Assembly (NCBI GenBank): GCA_013239625.1
Contig: MU053472.1
Location: forward strand, 434,001-498,000
Direction: 5' to 3'
Source: Lama guanicoe
Lineage: Eukaryota
Length of the DNA: 64,000 nucleotides
The notes below the pieces were generated by a model, which did not search any database, was not told the origin of the DNA, and saw nothing but the letters and a program-made list of their open reading frames with translations. Shown here piece after piece: positions 36,914-50,254 of this stretch; the stretch's first letter is position 1, and each line of letters begins with the position of its first letter. Made by a program: the position numbers and the translations under genes.

Positions 36914-39900
36914 TATCCCTTAAATTTCTTACTCTGTCTTGTTACCCTACCCCTTTTTTTGTGACAGTGATTAGTAGCTTGCTTAAAAGGAAGGTAGCAA
37001 AATTATGGAAGTATATGACTACCAGTGATAGTTTGGTGTATAGAGAAAGATGGAAGGAAAAATATGAATAATTTATCATTCCACACTTTTATTGTTATTG
37101 CATTGTAACACAACAATTTGTTATTGCACCAATGATGATATTTTAATGAATTTTATAATCATAATGAAATTGCCTGTTATAAAATATAGTATGATTTGAT
37201 CAAAAGCCAAGACAGAGCTTCACAAATAAATATACACAGCTAAATGTAGAAAGTTTAGGATTCTCTTTTCTTTTTAGTCTCTCACTTTTAAACTCCTGAG
37301 TCTGAAGTGATTTCATTTAAATCTAGTGATGGGGATAAAAATAAATAATAGCTGCAAGAGCTTTTGGAAAAGTAAAATGTGCCATAGTGATATAATATGA
37401 TATTATTTATTATGGAGGAGTCCTTTGGTAAGGTAGAATATTTTGACTGAATAAACCTCTTTGAGTCTTTTGCATATTAGGACTTAAAACTTGGAAATTT
37501 AGATTTGAAAGGCTTTTGATTACAGCAAAAGTATACTGTCACTGTTACAATTCAAATGTTGGAAAAATAGCCATTATTAAGAGGGCAGGAAATTTCTTTT
37601 CCTCTTCCTATCTTTTGGCTCATCTCTCTCAAGCAGTAACATGGGAAATAAGGAAATTGGCTCTAGTTTTGAGTTTATATTATGAATTTGCTTGCAGATG
37701 GGCCTGTGAGAGTGTTCTTACGTCTGGGTTTCTTAGAATTTCTCATCTAGCTTCCTTGATCTTCCTCCCTTCCCCCACCAGCTCTCCAAACTCTTTACTC
37801 TGAATGCTCCTTCCTGGTTCTGAGGTTCCCGGTTGCCATGGTGCCTCAGAAGCGGCAGAGACAGAGAAGGTCATTATGAGATCTGCAACTAGGTACTCTT
37901 GCTGAGGGCAATAGTTTCCTCTGTCTCCCATTCACTCCTTCTCTCCATTCAGAAAACAGGAGCTGTCTGTGTCTGTGTATTAATTGTAGTCTCCAGAGTT
38001 TATTCCATGAACTTAGCTGACTGTGGGCATGAAATTACAAATGTTCTAAGTATGGCTTAAGTCAGCCACTTGACAACGCTTATTCCTTTTAGTATTTCTA
38101 GTATAATGCATACATTCCCTCCCTCCTCACCATTTTTTTTCCGGTTAATGTAAATTTTAAAGTGAAGTTTGTTTTTACCACTTAGATTTTTAAAAATTAT
38201 TAGATGAATTCTTACAGAAAAGTTGGAAATCCAAAACGTATAAAGAAGGAAATAGACAATCTAGGATATGATCATCCAGCGATAACTGTGTTAATACCTG
38301 ATATATGTCCTTTCAGTGTTTTTTACCCCTTATGGATAAATTTCACTAGAAAGTATATACGTAGGTGATGTTGTAATGAATACACAGCTCTGTTTCTGGC
38401 TTTTATTTTTTCACATAACGATGTTTTCTCATGTCACTAAAAATCTTTTATAAGCTTAATTTTTCTAGAGTGCTGAAGTGAAGTTATGCTTGTTTCTAAG
38501 TGGCTTTCCCTACTGTGGGTTCTTTGGTTCCTGAGGCAGTTAGTTACTCCTTGACCATCTACTTTCTATTTTCCAAAACACTTTTTGACGTCTCTAATCC
38601 ACTGGGGTCTCCTGTTCTCTTTGTCCTTCTGTCTTTATGCCTCTTTTATCATGTCATTGTCATTTTTGTGTGATTTTTTGGGGGGGGAACAGTCATAACA
38701 AATGCTCAGCCTGCCAGTTTCAACTGGTAGTCCCATTCACTTCCTAATTTATTGCAGTTGGGCTTCTGCTTTTACCGCTTTCTGAAACTACACTTAGAAA
38801 CTCCCTGGTGACCTCCTAGTGGCAGCATTCGATAGTGTTGGCTTTTTGCTCTCTATTGAAACTACTCCTTCTGCTTTATGAACATTCTCCCCCAATTCTC
38901 TTTTCTGTTCCTTCCCTCTTAGGTGCTTGAATAGGCTTTTTACATTTTTTTTTCTTTCACATGCCCCTTAATTGGTGGTCTGCCACAAGGCTTTCCAGCT
39001 TCAGCCCTCCTCTCTTACACTGTATCCTCCCCCTCGACCTGCCTTAGTTAATGGCACACCCATGTCTCTGGTCTCCCAAGCCACCCCTCACACCTAATTA
39101 GATATTCTTATTGATGCTATCCCTCAATGACTCTTGAAATCATCCCCTTCTTTTCATTGTTACTGCCATTGCTTTTGCTCTTATTTCTTATTTGGCTTAT
39201 GGCAATGGTATTTTAGCTTGTCTCCATTCTTTCCCCCTTCAGCATAAGCTCCATGTGGCCACCGCAGTCTTTCTAATGGTAAACTGATCATCTCACAGCA
39301 CTATTCAGTGGGTCCCTGTTATCTACAAGGTATTTTAATGTCTAGCCAAACATTGTGCCAGGTGCCTGACATTTTTTCTAATACCAGAGCTCTAATCATT
39401 ATTGTGGTGAGCTTACTGAGAATCTGTTAGGGGAGCACTAATGTCTCAGAGATATTTGAACTGAGTTTTGAAGGATGAACAGAAAACAGACAAGTTAACA
39501 GAGATAGGTGTGTGTGTAATAGGAAGGGTAGAGATGGTGGGGTTGACAACACGTGTAAAGGTACCAGACTGTGAAGTGTCTAGCATGCTCAGGCAATTAT
39601 AAGACATCGAGTCATACGGGAATGTAAGGGGAACAGAGTGATTGGTGCAGTGAAAGGAGAGCTGGGGAGATAAAAGGTCATATCATCAAGGATCTTGTAT
39701 GTCATACTAAGATATATACAAGATGGAAAACAGCATTTAGGTTTGGCTGTGCATCAGAATCACCTGCAGCGCTTTAAAGAAATTGGAGTCCCTGCACCCT
39801 ATCCCAGCTGATTAAATTATGTCTCTGATCATGGTGCTCAGGCATCTTCATTCTCCTACTCTCCAGGGGACTCTGATATGAAACCACTTTCTCAGAGCTT

Positions 39901-40679
39901 AGAACAATGTCTGGCATATAGTATATGCTAATAAATGCTTGTTGCTTTGAAATTAAAGTTGTGCAAGTAGATAAGATCACTGTGAGGAAGAGTGTATAGG
40001 TAGAAGGGAAATGTATCTTAAGGAAGTGTCTACCTTTAGGTGGAAGGAGGTGGGGAAAAGGAGACAGGAAAAGATCAGTGAGGTAGAAGGATAACCAAGA
40101 AAACGACGAGAAAGATCATTTCAATGTAGAAGATGTGGCATGAAGTGGTGAGTAGAGATGTACAAGAGGAAAGACTGAGAAATAGCCCTGGAGTTAATGA
40201 ATAGGAGGATTTTGAGATGCACAGCTTCAGTAGATGGCAGGGGATGAAGTAGTGAACACGTGGTGAACCAACAGGAACTTAAGCAGTTCAGCTCTTGAGA
40301 AGTTGAAGGCAGAGAAGAAGATAGAATAGTTACTTGAGGCCGTAATAGGGTCGTGCTCACTCCCTCACTCCCCGACTCCTGTCCCTCTTCCTCTCACTAC
40401 CCTCCCCACCTCCTTTCTTTTTCCTCCCCTAACCCACCCTCAGGTTTCCTTATTGTAGTGCCCTTCCCCTGACTGTTGAAATTCATTTCATACTTTGAGG
40501 TCATTACGTTTTAAGGTCCTTCTCAAATGCTGCCAGTGATGGGAAATTCTTGTTCTTTCTCTTGTTTTTTCTCTTCTGGTAATTTGCCTTTCCATTTTCC
40601 ACGACAATAATTTCATTCTTTTGACACTCTCCTTAAACCAGCAATCTCCCTCTCTTTGCTGGTTCCTGCCTTCTGGGCA

Positions 40680-42180
40680 CACTTTCAATTCATAACTGCA
40701 TCGTGTTTCATTGAGAAAATAGAAACTTTCAGGCTGGAAATTCTTCCTCCCAACACTTAATTTCAGACTTACTTGTGTCTGTGCTCATATTCTCATTTTT
40801 CTTTCTTATTGCAAGGACTTCTTAAGATCCTCCCTCCTATGGTCATCTTTTTCTTTACAGTTTAAATATCCCCTTTTCTGCTAAACCACTCCTGTTGGCA
40901 TTCAGACATGCTCTGATAACTCTTATCTTTATAAAACCCTTCCTTGATAGCCTCATTCCCTCGGGACTACTGCCCTGTCCCTCTGCCCCACTTCATGGCT
41001 GAGATTTTCAGAAGTGCTGCCCCTACTTCCTCATTTCCCATTCATTCTTCAAGCTACTCTAGTGTGTCCACTGCCCTACCATGCTACTAAAACTGCTCTT
41101 GTGAACATCACTGGCATCTATCATATTCCTAAATCCAGTGGACGCTTTTCAGTTCTCATCCTTGTCAATCTCTCAATAGTCTGTGCAGGTGATTACTTTT
41201 TCCTTGAAACACAGGCTTCTCTTTTCTGCTGGAAAACATGCTTTCTTGGCTTTCATCCTACCTCCTTGATACTCTTTCTTAATTTCCTTTGCAAGCTGTT
41301 TCTCTTTTATATCATCTCCAACATTTCGTCCTGCTTGGTCCTGGATCTCTTCTTTTCAGTTGATATTCCTTTTCTTTGTATGTAATCTCACCCTTTTGCT
41401 ATTGTTCATGTCCTGAATTTGTAATAACCATCCTATATCTATCTTCCAAGCTCATGTGTTATGTTCAGCTATTCATGTGAAATCTGCACTTGAATGTTCT
41501 ATGGGCATTGAACTCTTGATTTCCCTCTATCTTCTCCATAAATTTGAGCCTCCTGCCATCTTCCGTATCTTACTAAATGTCACCTCCAGCCACTTTCCTT
41601 AAGATAGAAACCTGGGAAATCATATTTCAGTTCTGTTGATTCTATCTCCAGTGTTTACTTCCGTACATTTACATGCCATCACCTTAGATCAAGCCTTACT
41701 TTTAGTACAGCAACTCTTGCTTGGACTCCTAGAATGGTCACCTAACTGGATTCCCTGTTGATTTCCTGTTGCACTTAGCATAAGATACCAAATTCTTACC
41801 TTGGCTTGTGAGGCCCTGAATGGTCTGACCTCTGTCAACTTCTTTGCTGACAGTGCTTCGATTACACTGGCCTTTCAGTTCCTCTCATGTGCCAGTCTTG
41901 TTCTTGTGCCTGGAATTCTCTTTCACTCTCTCAGTGATAACTTGATGTCTTTATCCTTCAGATTAAGTATCACTTCTTCATAGGGTCCTGCTATTATTAT
42001 TAATAATCCTTTCTTTTCCTTCATAGCATTTATCACAATTTATAATATTTTTACTGGTATATTTATTTGACTGCTTGTCTCTATTAACCAGTATGAGGGC
42101 AAAGATCATATATATTTTGCTTACAGTTGTTTATATAGCATGTATTAAGCACTCAGTAGATAACTGTCGAATAAATGAGA
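40680..42180 (+). mobile_element. Degenerate L2 (further L2/MIR pieces at ~345-620, ~38740-40340, ~56780-57480)
   Basis: Pyrimidine-rich L2 ORF2-like text (aaaactgctcttgtgaacatcac..aaatccagtggacgcttttcagttctcatcct) and L2-type 3' end gcactcagtagataactgtcgaataaatga. Confidence 0.7.
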
Positions 42181-42254
42181 GAAATATAAAGATTGGCCAG
42201 GGACAGTCACAGAAGGTAATACTGTCTTAAATTATACGTATTATACATTATGTT

Positions 42255-43670
42255 TTTAAAGTAGATTTAGGATTATTCAGATTTTGTTTCTTCGTGAGTG
42301 GAATAGAAAATTGTATTCCAAAGGATTTATCAATTTCATCTAGCTTTTCAAGTTTATTGGCATAGTTTATAATAAGGTATTCATTTCTTTTTCATGTTTT
42401 GGGATTTGTAGTGAGTCCCTCTTCCTCATTGCTGATATTGACAGCCTTTTCTCTTTTATTTTTCATTCGTCTTCATAGGTGTTTATTAATTTCTTTTTTC
42501 AGCAACCAGCTTTTGTCTTTGTTTATTTTTCTGTTGTACGTTTGTTCTTTCTTTCATTGATATTTGCTATCATTTTTATTCCCTTTCTACTTTCTTTGGA
42601 TTTAATTTGCTGTTCTTTTTCTAGCCTTTTGAGATAGATGATTAAATCACCATTTCCCCCTTTTCTGACATATATACTAAAGACTGTAAATTTTCCCCAA
42701 GCCCAACTTTAGTTATATTCCACAAGTTTTTTTATTTAACATTTTGTTACAAAAAATTTTAATTACAGAGCAAAGTTGAGAGGATTTTTTACAGAGAACG
42801 CCTTTCTGCTCATCACCTAGATTCTACCATTAATATTTTTCTATGCTTATTTTATCATTTATCTGTCCATTTCTGAATCTCTGTATCCATTCCTCAGTTC
42901 ATCTTATTATGTTCTCCAAATTTTTATGTTATATATTTTCATTATCATTCAATTTAAAACATATTTCTATTTTAACTGCAATTCATTTTTGTATTTTTAT
43001 TGAGATCTTATTTCTATTTATTTTTATATGAGATTCTTATTGTATTAGTTTTAGGTATCATACCATAATGATTTGGTATATATATATATTATAAAATGAT
43101 GACCACATGTTTAGTTAGCATTCATCACCACACATAGTTACAATTTTTTTTTCTTGTGATGGGAGAACTTTTAAGATCTACTTTGTTAGCAACTTTCAAA
43201 TGCACAACACAGTCTTGTTAATTATAGTCACCATGCTGTATATTACATCCCCAGGACTTATTTATCTTATAATCAGTAGTTTGTACCTTTTGACCACCTT
43301 CACCATTTCACCCATCTCCTTTGTGATTTTTTTTTGACACAAATTATTTAGAAATATATTCATTAATTTCAATTCATTAATTTCAAGAATTCATTAATTT
43401 ATTAATTTCAAGAAATGTATTCATTAATTTCAACTTGGATGTATATTAAAATCACTTGGCTATATTTTAATATCTTTGTCGTTGATTTTTAGTTTAATCC
43501 ATTGTATTTAGAGGGTATATTCTATGTGGTTCATATCTTTGAAAATTATTGATAATTTATGGCCTAGCATATGATCTGTTTTGGTAAAATTTTATAAACA
43601 CTTGCAAAGAATGTGTATTTCACAATTGTTGGTTATAAAATTCTATACATGTCAATTAAGTTGAGTTTTT
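42255..43670 (-). mobile_element. Old L1 ORF2 fragments with nested L1 3' ends
   Basis: T-rich antisense ORF2-like text; L1MA-type 3' end at ~43010-43320. Confidence 0.6.
43358..43432. repeat. Short imperfect minisatellite, unit ATTCATTAATTTCA(AGA)
   Basis: About five imperfect tandem copies visible. Confidence 0.8.
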
Positions 43671-43689
43671 CTTTTTCTTTTTCTTTTTA

Positions 43690-43915
43690 AAGTCTCTTGG
43701 GAAGAATCCTTTCTGGTCTCTTCCTTGCTTCCCAGGGTTGCTGACAGTCCTTGGTAGCCCTTGGCTTGTGACTACACCACTCCAGTCTCTGCCTCTGTCA
43801 TCACATGGCCTTCTTTTCTGTGAATATGGCTGTGTGTCTCCAAATCTCTCTCTTTCCTTGTAAGGATACCAGTCATTGAATTTAGGGGCCCACTCTAATC
43901 CAGTAGGATCTCATC
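43690..43915. mobile_element. MLT1-like LTR fragment
   Basis: ccttggcttgtg..cactccagtctctgcctctgtcatcacatggccttct..taaggataccagtcattg. Confidence 0.75.
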
Positions 43916-44140
43916 TTTTTTAACGGAGGTACTGGGAATAGAACCCAGGACCTCGTGCATGCTAAGTACTGCACTCTACCGTTAAGTTATATCCCCACCC
44001 CGACTTCAAAAAAATTTGTTTTGAGGGGGAGGTAATTAAGTTTATTTTTATTTATTTATTAATGGAAGTACTGAGGATTGAACCCAGGACCTCGTAGTAG
44101 CTAAGTACATACTCTACCACTGAGCTATAACCTCCCCCCC
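43916..44140 (-). mobile_element. Two tandem Vic-1-like SINEs (~43916-44001 and ~44015-44140)
   Basis: Two tRNA-like heads (gaacccaggacctcgt..gctaagtac..actctacc). Confidence 0.85.
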
Positions 44141-44231
44141 AAATTTTCAGTTGTGTCTTTCTTCTGTGTCCTTGATGTCTATAGCCTAATTGTTCTCAGT
44201 TGCTAAAAGAGGAATAATAATTAATCTCACT

Positions 44232-47200
44232 GGCAGAATCTTATAAATCAATAAGAAAAAGGTATTTTAGTATCTTATGAAGACATTTCAACCCAATAGA
44301 AATATGGGGAAAAGATTTGAACTTTACAAAAGAAGATACCTGGATGGCAAATAAGCTTATGAAAAGGTGTTCAATATTGTTGGCCATCAGAGATTTGCAA
44401 ATTAAAATCACAGTGAATTAAATGCCATCCCAATCAGAAGGCTGAAATGTAAAAACTGACAATATTAAATGTTAGCAAGGATGTGAGACACATGGAACTC
44501 TCATACATAGCTGATGGGAGTAAAAGTTAGCACAGCCACTTTAGAAAACTATTTGGCATTGTCTTTTACAGTTAAACACATAGTCTGTCAACAAGCAAGT
44601 CCACTCCTGGGTATTTACCCAAAAGAAATGAGTACATTTGTTTGTCCACCAAATACCAAGTACAAGAACAAGTATAGTCAAAATTCATTTAAAAACCCAA
44701 ATGTCCATCAATAGAATAAATAAATACATCATGCAATAATCACACAATGGAATACTACACAGCAATGAAAATGAGTAAACTGCTATGTCATGACATGGAT
44801 GAATTTCAGAGGCATAATATTAACCAAATACATATAGAATGACGCTATACATAATGAAGTTTTAAAGCAGGCAAAACTGGTTTTTGGTGATGGAGTTCAG
44901 AATAGTGTTTACATTGGGAAAGATATTGACTGGGAAGGAAGCATACCAAAACCTTCTGAGACTCTGGAAACATTCTGTATCTTAATGGAGTGGTTGGTTA
45001 TGTACATATGTATGTATGTAAAATTAATTGAGTATATACTTAAATTTTTTGCACTTTGTTGTTTGAAATTACAAAAATAATTCTCAAAAAAGCAAATAAA
45101 ACAGGGTGGGGCTTGACCTATAGTTGAGAGAGAGGATCAGCAAATTCCTAATCCAAAAAAGCACCTGTAAAGCTTGACAAAACCATTTCAGCCTTGAAAT
45201 CAACCAAAACACATACAACAGTATGACAAAAGTTTATGTTTGAAAAATTGCTAAAATTCAGTAAGAACAGTAGGAGTCTGTGGTGTTCTTGCCAAATCCC
45301 ACTCCCTTCCCTCAGCTTGGATGGTGTGGAGGTTTGACCAGTGTGTGTCTGCCATCAGGACTGGCAGTTTTGATGCTGCAGTTGAAGGGAACTTACTCAT
45401 TTTGAGTCGTCGATGATGCCCATGCTCGGGTATGTCATCAGTAGAAGTGATCATCTTGGCAGTGGTGGAGAGAGGTGGGCCAATGGCTCTACTAGACTGA
45501 GGCGTGTTTGAGTTTGGGGCAAGCATATTGCTGGTTGAGGCTGCAAGCCAGGGCATACTTGAAAATGTCCTGAACTTTGAATGTGCTCCTGTACCCCACA
45601 TAGGGACACATGAACAGAGCACCAAAGCCTTGCTGGCGTCAGGTGTTTGAGCATAACCCCTGCCTAATCACTGGCTGACGTTTAAGTTTTGCAGACAATA
45701 TCCCTTAGAAAGGAGGTTTAAATGTAATAAAAAGAAATGAGCTGAGGCATCAGTGGCTGTATGCTTTTGAGGAGACAGATTTCACACATACAGCCCAGAT
45801 GAGTTATTAAGCCAAGAAAGAAAAACAAAAAACAAAATAAGCAAACATTAGTAACAACAACAATCTTCATGGGTGAAAGAAATCAGAATCCAGAGTTGCT
45901 ACAATAAATTATTTAATATGTTAAGTTGTCAACAAAAAAATCATGAGATATGAAAAGAAACAGGAAAGCTTTTTCCATATTTAGGGGAAAAGTTTTTAGA
46001 AACTGTCTCCAAGTATCCCTAGATGCTGGATTAGCAGGCAGAGTCTTCAAAGCAGCTGTCATAAGTATGTTTAAAGAATCAAAATAAAACATGTTTAAAG
46101 AGTATGACAACAGTGAATCAGTAAATAATATTCTCAATAAGGATAGACAAATTAAAAAGAAGCAAATGTCACCAAAGAGGATGTACAGATGGCAAATAAA
46201 AATGTGAAAAGATGTTTAACATCATTAGTTATTAGAGAAGTGCAAATTAAAACAAGATATTACTATACAACTGTCTGAGTGCCTAAAATAAAAACTAGTG
46301 ACAACAACCAAGTATTTGCCAGATGGGGAGAAATTGGATCACTTATATATGGGTGGTGGGAAAGTAAATGATAAAGACATTCTGAAAGGTAATTAGGAAA
46401 TTTCTTAAAAAATTAAATATTTACTATATGACCAGCAATTTCATTCCTAGTGGTATACCCATGAGAAATGAAAGCATGTGTCCGCATAAAAACTTGTACA
46501 TGAATGTCTATAGCAATGTTATTCATAATAGCTGCAAAATGGAAACAATCCAGTATCCGTCAACTGCTAAATGGATAGACAAAATGTGGTATGTCCATAC
46601 AATGGAATGTTATTTGGCCATAAAGAGAAATGAAGTATACGGATACATGACATGCTACAACATTGAAATTCATTATGCTAAGTGAAAGAAGCCACATATT
46701 TTATCATTTCATTTGTATGAAATATCCAGAATAGGCAAATCTATAATGACAGAAAGTAGATTAATGATTGCCTAGAACTGGGAAGGGGTTTGGGGCAAAT
46801 AGAGTGACTGCTATTGAGTACAGAATTTCTTTTGAGGGTAATGAAAATGTTCTAAAATGATAGTGACAATGGTTCACAACTATGTGAATATACTAAAAAA
46901 CATTGAATTATATAATTTAAATGGGTGAAATATATGGTATGTGAATTATATCTCAAGAAAGTTGTTGAAAAGATTTTAAAATGAGTTTAGTGAGGTCACA
47001 GTTTATAAGATCTATATACATAAATTAGTTGTGTTTCTGTGTACTAGCTAGCAGTGAACAAGCAAAAGAAAGAAATTAAAATAATTTCATTCACAATGGC
47101 ATCAAAAAGAATAAAATACTTAGAAATAAATTTTTAAAAAGTGTAGGACTTGTACATGAAAAATTACAGAACATTGCTGAGAGAAATTGAAGTTCTAAAT

Positions 47201-47915
47201 ACAGGCAAGCCTTGTTTTATTGCACTCGCTTTATTGAGCTTCACAGATAATTGCATATTTTTTTTTTCTTTTACAAGCTGAAGGTTTGTGGCAATCCTGC
47301 ATTTTCAGATGATGGTTAGCATTTTATTTTAGCAAGGAAATACTTTTTAGTTAAGATTTTTTTTAAACATAATGCTTTTGCATACTTTATTAAGTGTCTA
47401 TAGTATAAAGTAAAAATAACTTTTCTGTGCATTGGGAAATCAAAAAAATTCATGCGACTCGCTTTATTGTGATATTTTCTTTATTGTGGTGTTCTGAAAC
47501 TGAAATGGCAATATCTCTGAGGTATGTGTATACATGGAGAGCCAGTTCATGTGCAGGGAGTGGAAAACTCAGTAATTGTCAAAATGGTGATTTTTTTCCC
47601 TTAAGTTAATCTATAAATTCACAGTCCATGTCAAAATCCCAGCAGGGTTTTTGTTTTTGCTTTTTTTTTTTCTTTCTACAATTTAACAAACTAATTCTAA
47701 AATATACATGGAACCCCAAAGGACCAAAAGTACACAGAACAATTAAGGAAAATGACAGCAAAGTCAGAAGACTTCTACCTGATTTCAAAACCTGCTGTAA
47801 GAGCCGTAGTTACCACGGCTGTGTGGCATTGCTGCAAGGATGGGTGTATAGACCAGTGAGACAGAACTTAGAGTCCATAGCTAAACGTTTATATGTGTGG
47901 TCAGTTGATTTTCAA
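44232..47915 (+). mobile_element. Cluster of old sense-oriented L1 fragments (3' ends ~44232-45075 and ~46168-46975; 5' UTR/ORF1 ~45110-46167; ORF2 ~46976-47915)
   Basis: A-rich ORF2-like text and frames such as METIQYPSTAKWIDKMWYVHTMECYLAIKRNE and LILKYTWNPKGPK. Confidence 0.7.
47202..47528. mobile_element. Tigger1-derived non-autonomous DNA transposon
   Basis: CAGGCAAGCCTTGTTTTATTGCACTCGCTTTATT start, ...ATATCTCTGAGGTATGTG end, TA on both flanks. Confidence 0.85.
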
Positions 47916-49471
47916 AAGAAGTACATCCGTGACCCAGGATTTCTCTGCTTGGAAAAGCCCCAGTGTGAAACAGTCTCTCGCAGCGTGTGCTGCAGTATAA
48001 CTCAGGCTGCCTTGCAATCAAGCCAGCTAATGCATCACTGTCTGCCGAATAAATTGCTACGTCATCCTTGGTGCTTGGCATGTTTCAATGTTGGGATCGG
48101 TGTGGGCTTCTAGTTGGATTTTGTGACAGGTATGTGTCTACTTTGGACACTCTCTTTTCATGTTAGATTAAAATGAGGATGCTTTGAATTTGGAGGAATG
48201 AATGTGGCTTCTTATTTCTTGTGTTCTAATATTACAGAAGGATGGTGAGCAGCATCCATAAAAGATTAGAAACTCTAGCTTTGTTTTGGATCTGGGTGTG
48301 CTGTTTTAGTGTTTGGTTGTTTTAGAACGATCCTTTTGGTGAAAGGAAGGACAAACTTGATTACCGAGTGTGCGTCTTTAGTGTATTTTCTGATATAATC
48401 AAGTGCAAAATAGCCTGCTTTATTCTATACTCAGTGCTTTGCTTTTTGAATGTTGAACTTATATAACAAAGGCAAAGAGTGCTTCTCTTTTGGGAACTGC
48501 CTACAGCTGGAGACACTTAGATGTGTGTAAAATTGAGCTGCTTCTACATCTGTGGTCACTGTAATTGTTCTAAACAAAGACTTTGGTGCTCTATTTTTTG
48601 AGACATGTTTATCTGAAGAGACATAAAGATAGGAAGACTCCTCTGCATCAGCTTCTTGAAAAAAGCAAACTTGGCTGACTTTATCAGACATTGGCATAGT
48701 ACGGAAGGAATGATGCAGAGGCCAGAAGCCAACCCAGGACTTCCATTTTTCATTATGGCTAAAGGTCATGTTGGGTCATATTGGGTGAGTGGCCTGATTG
48801 AACCTTTTCACCTTGGGTCACCTGAATGTCCTAAGATCAAGGTTTGCCTTAATCATTTATCTTCTGTTTGATTTTTCACCTTTTATCTGTGTTCCAGGTC
48901 ATTTGTGTACTTTGGTTTGGGAAGTTTTTCTTTTTCTGGAAGGTTAATAGGTTCTCGGCATAGTTGGCATCAGATAAGAATGCACTATTTCTATCCAGCC
49001 TTTTGTTGGGAAAGAATTTTTCTATGGTGTATGAACCAGGTTAGACATGACACTGGTGGCTTATGTATCGTTCCTGAGGGCTTGACTCAGGAAGTTGTGA
49101 TTCTGAAGATTCCAGCCGTTGTAGTCTTCTCTGCCATGGCAAGGGAGCAGTATCCTGAGCATCTACTTAATTAAAAGCTAAAACTGGACTATGTTACTGT
49201 ATAACATTCAGCTACCATCTATTCATTTAAGTGATTTGTCCATCTGTGGGCAGTTGCTTACACAGCAATAGATGTGTCCCAGGAGTTTTTCAGGCAGGCT
49301 TTTTCTTCCTGCTTAACCCGGGTTAGACCTCTGTGTCTGAAATGTTTGTCTGGACCTCTTTTCCTTTCAGGGATTTTATCCACATGTTTTCTGTATCCCA
49401 TTTGTGCCAGCTCCATTCTTATTCTCAAATTTTAGTGAATAAAATCTTAGATTTTTTTTTTAAAGGTAGGG

Positions 49472-49497
49472 GTGTGTGTGTGTGTGTGTGTGTGTGT
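49472..49497. repeat. (GT)13 microsatellite upstream of exon 5A
   Basis: Direct count. Other dinucleotide repeats at ~1351-1372, ~22644-22674 and ~58774-58799. Confidence 0.95.
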
Positions 49498-49499
49498 AT

Positions 49500-49860
49500 C
49501 CCTACTGTGGCCTGAGAATTAGAATTGTGACTCCCACATCATTCAGAGTTCCTCAGTAGGGGCATGTTTCATCCTTTTGTGACCTCCTAACCTGCTCGTT
49601 CCCCCTCTTGGAGTCTGAAAATCAGTATTATTTGTTTTGACTGGATCTCAGAAATTACCTGCTTAGGCTGTACTGTCCTTCTCCCTCTGGATTTCGTGAC
49701 CCCATTATTTTCTTGGCTCTGGTGTCCTTGCAAACTTCATCTCCTTTTTGCCCTGGGCCCTCCGTGTCACGTGCTCCTGGCAGCCCAGGGAGGCCGTGGA
49801 GCTTGACTCCAGCGACTGTCAGGAGAAAGTGACTGTTGTTGAAACGTGTTTGCCGCGGCT
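49500..49860 (+). promoter_or_regulatory. ACACA: ACACA promoter III (PIII) region; boundaries approximate
   Basis: Immediately upstream of exon 5A; locally CpG-retaining; E-box GTCACGTG at 49766-49773. Confidence 0.6.
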
Positions 49861-50201
49861 AACACAGAGCTGCTGAGATCTGTTTTCTGGTCATGCAAGC
49901 TTGTATATCCCCTCCTCTCCTCTCAGTCCCCTTGGGAGATCAGCTAATTCCCTGTGTGAGTCCAGCGTGGGGGGAAAATACAGACAGGAGGGGAAGTATG
50001 GAAATTGGGGACAGAGCAGACAAAAAGACTGTACTTTGAGGCCATGAGGAATACTCTACTCTGACTGACACAGGGCCAAGAAGTAGGCAGAAGGCACGGT
50101 GTCTCTTGTCCTCCTGGGTTTTAAGCACCTGCAACAGGAGGGCGAACCGCGGCTTGTGTTTCCATCTGAGGAAAAAGCCTCCATTCCTTTGTCATCTTGA
50201 T

Positions 50202-50254
50202 ATGGAGGGTTCTGCCGAGGACAATAAGGAGATGAGATATCACATGCTTCAAAG
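50202..50254 (+). CDS. ACACA: ACACA alternative first coding exon 5A (MEGSAEDNKEMRYHMLQ-R); 5' UTR extends several hundred nt upstream
   Basis: gatATGG start, 17 codons + 2 nt, donor AAG|GTAAGT in phase 2 matching exon 6. Resembles the known PIII isoform N-terminus (human MEGSPEENKEMRYYMLQR, from recall). Confidence 0.95.

Noticed and set aside
43358..43432. Repeat-spacer-like pattern
   Set aside because: Imperfect tandem minisatellite with no unique spacers, in mammalian DNA; not CRISPR.
47628..48113. 161-aa plus-strand ORF
   Set aside because: The first two-thirds is degenerate L1 ORF2 reading into flanking sequence; no supporting gene structure.
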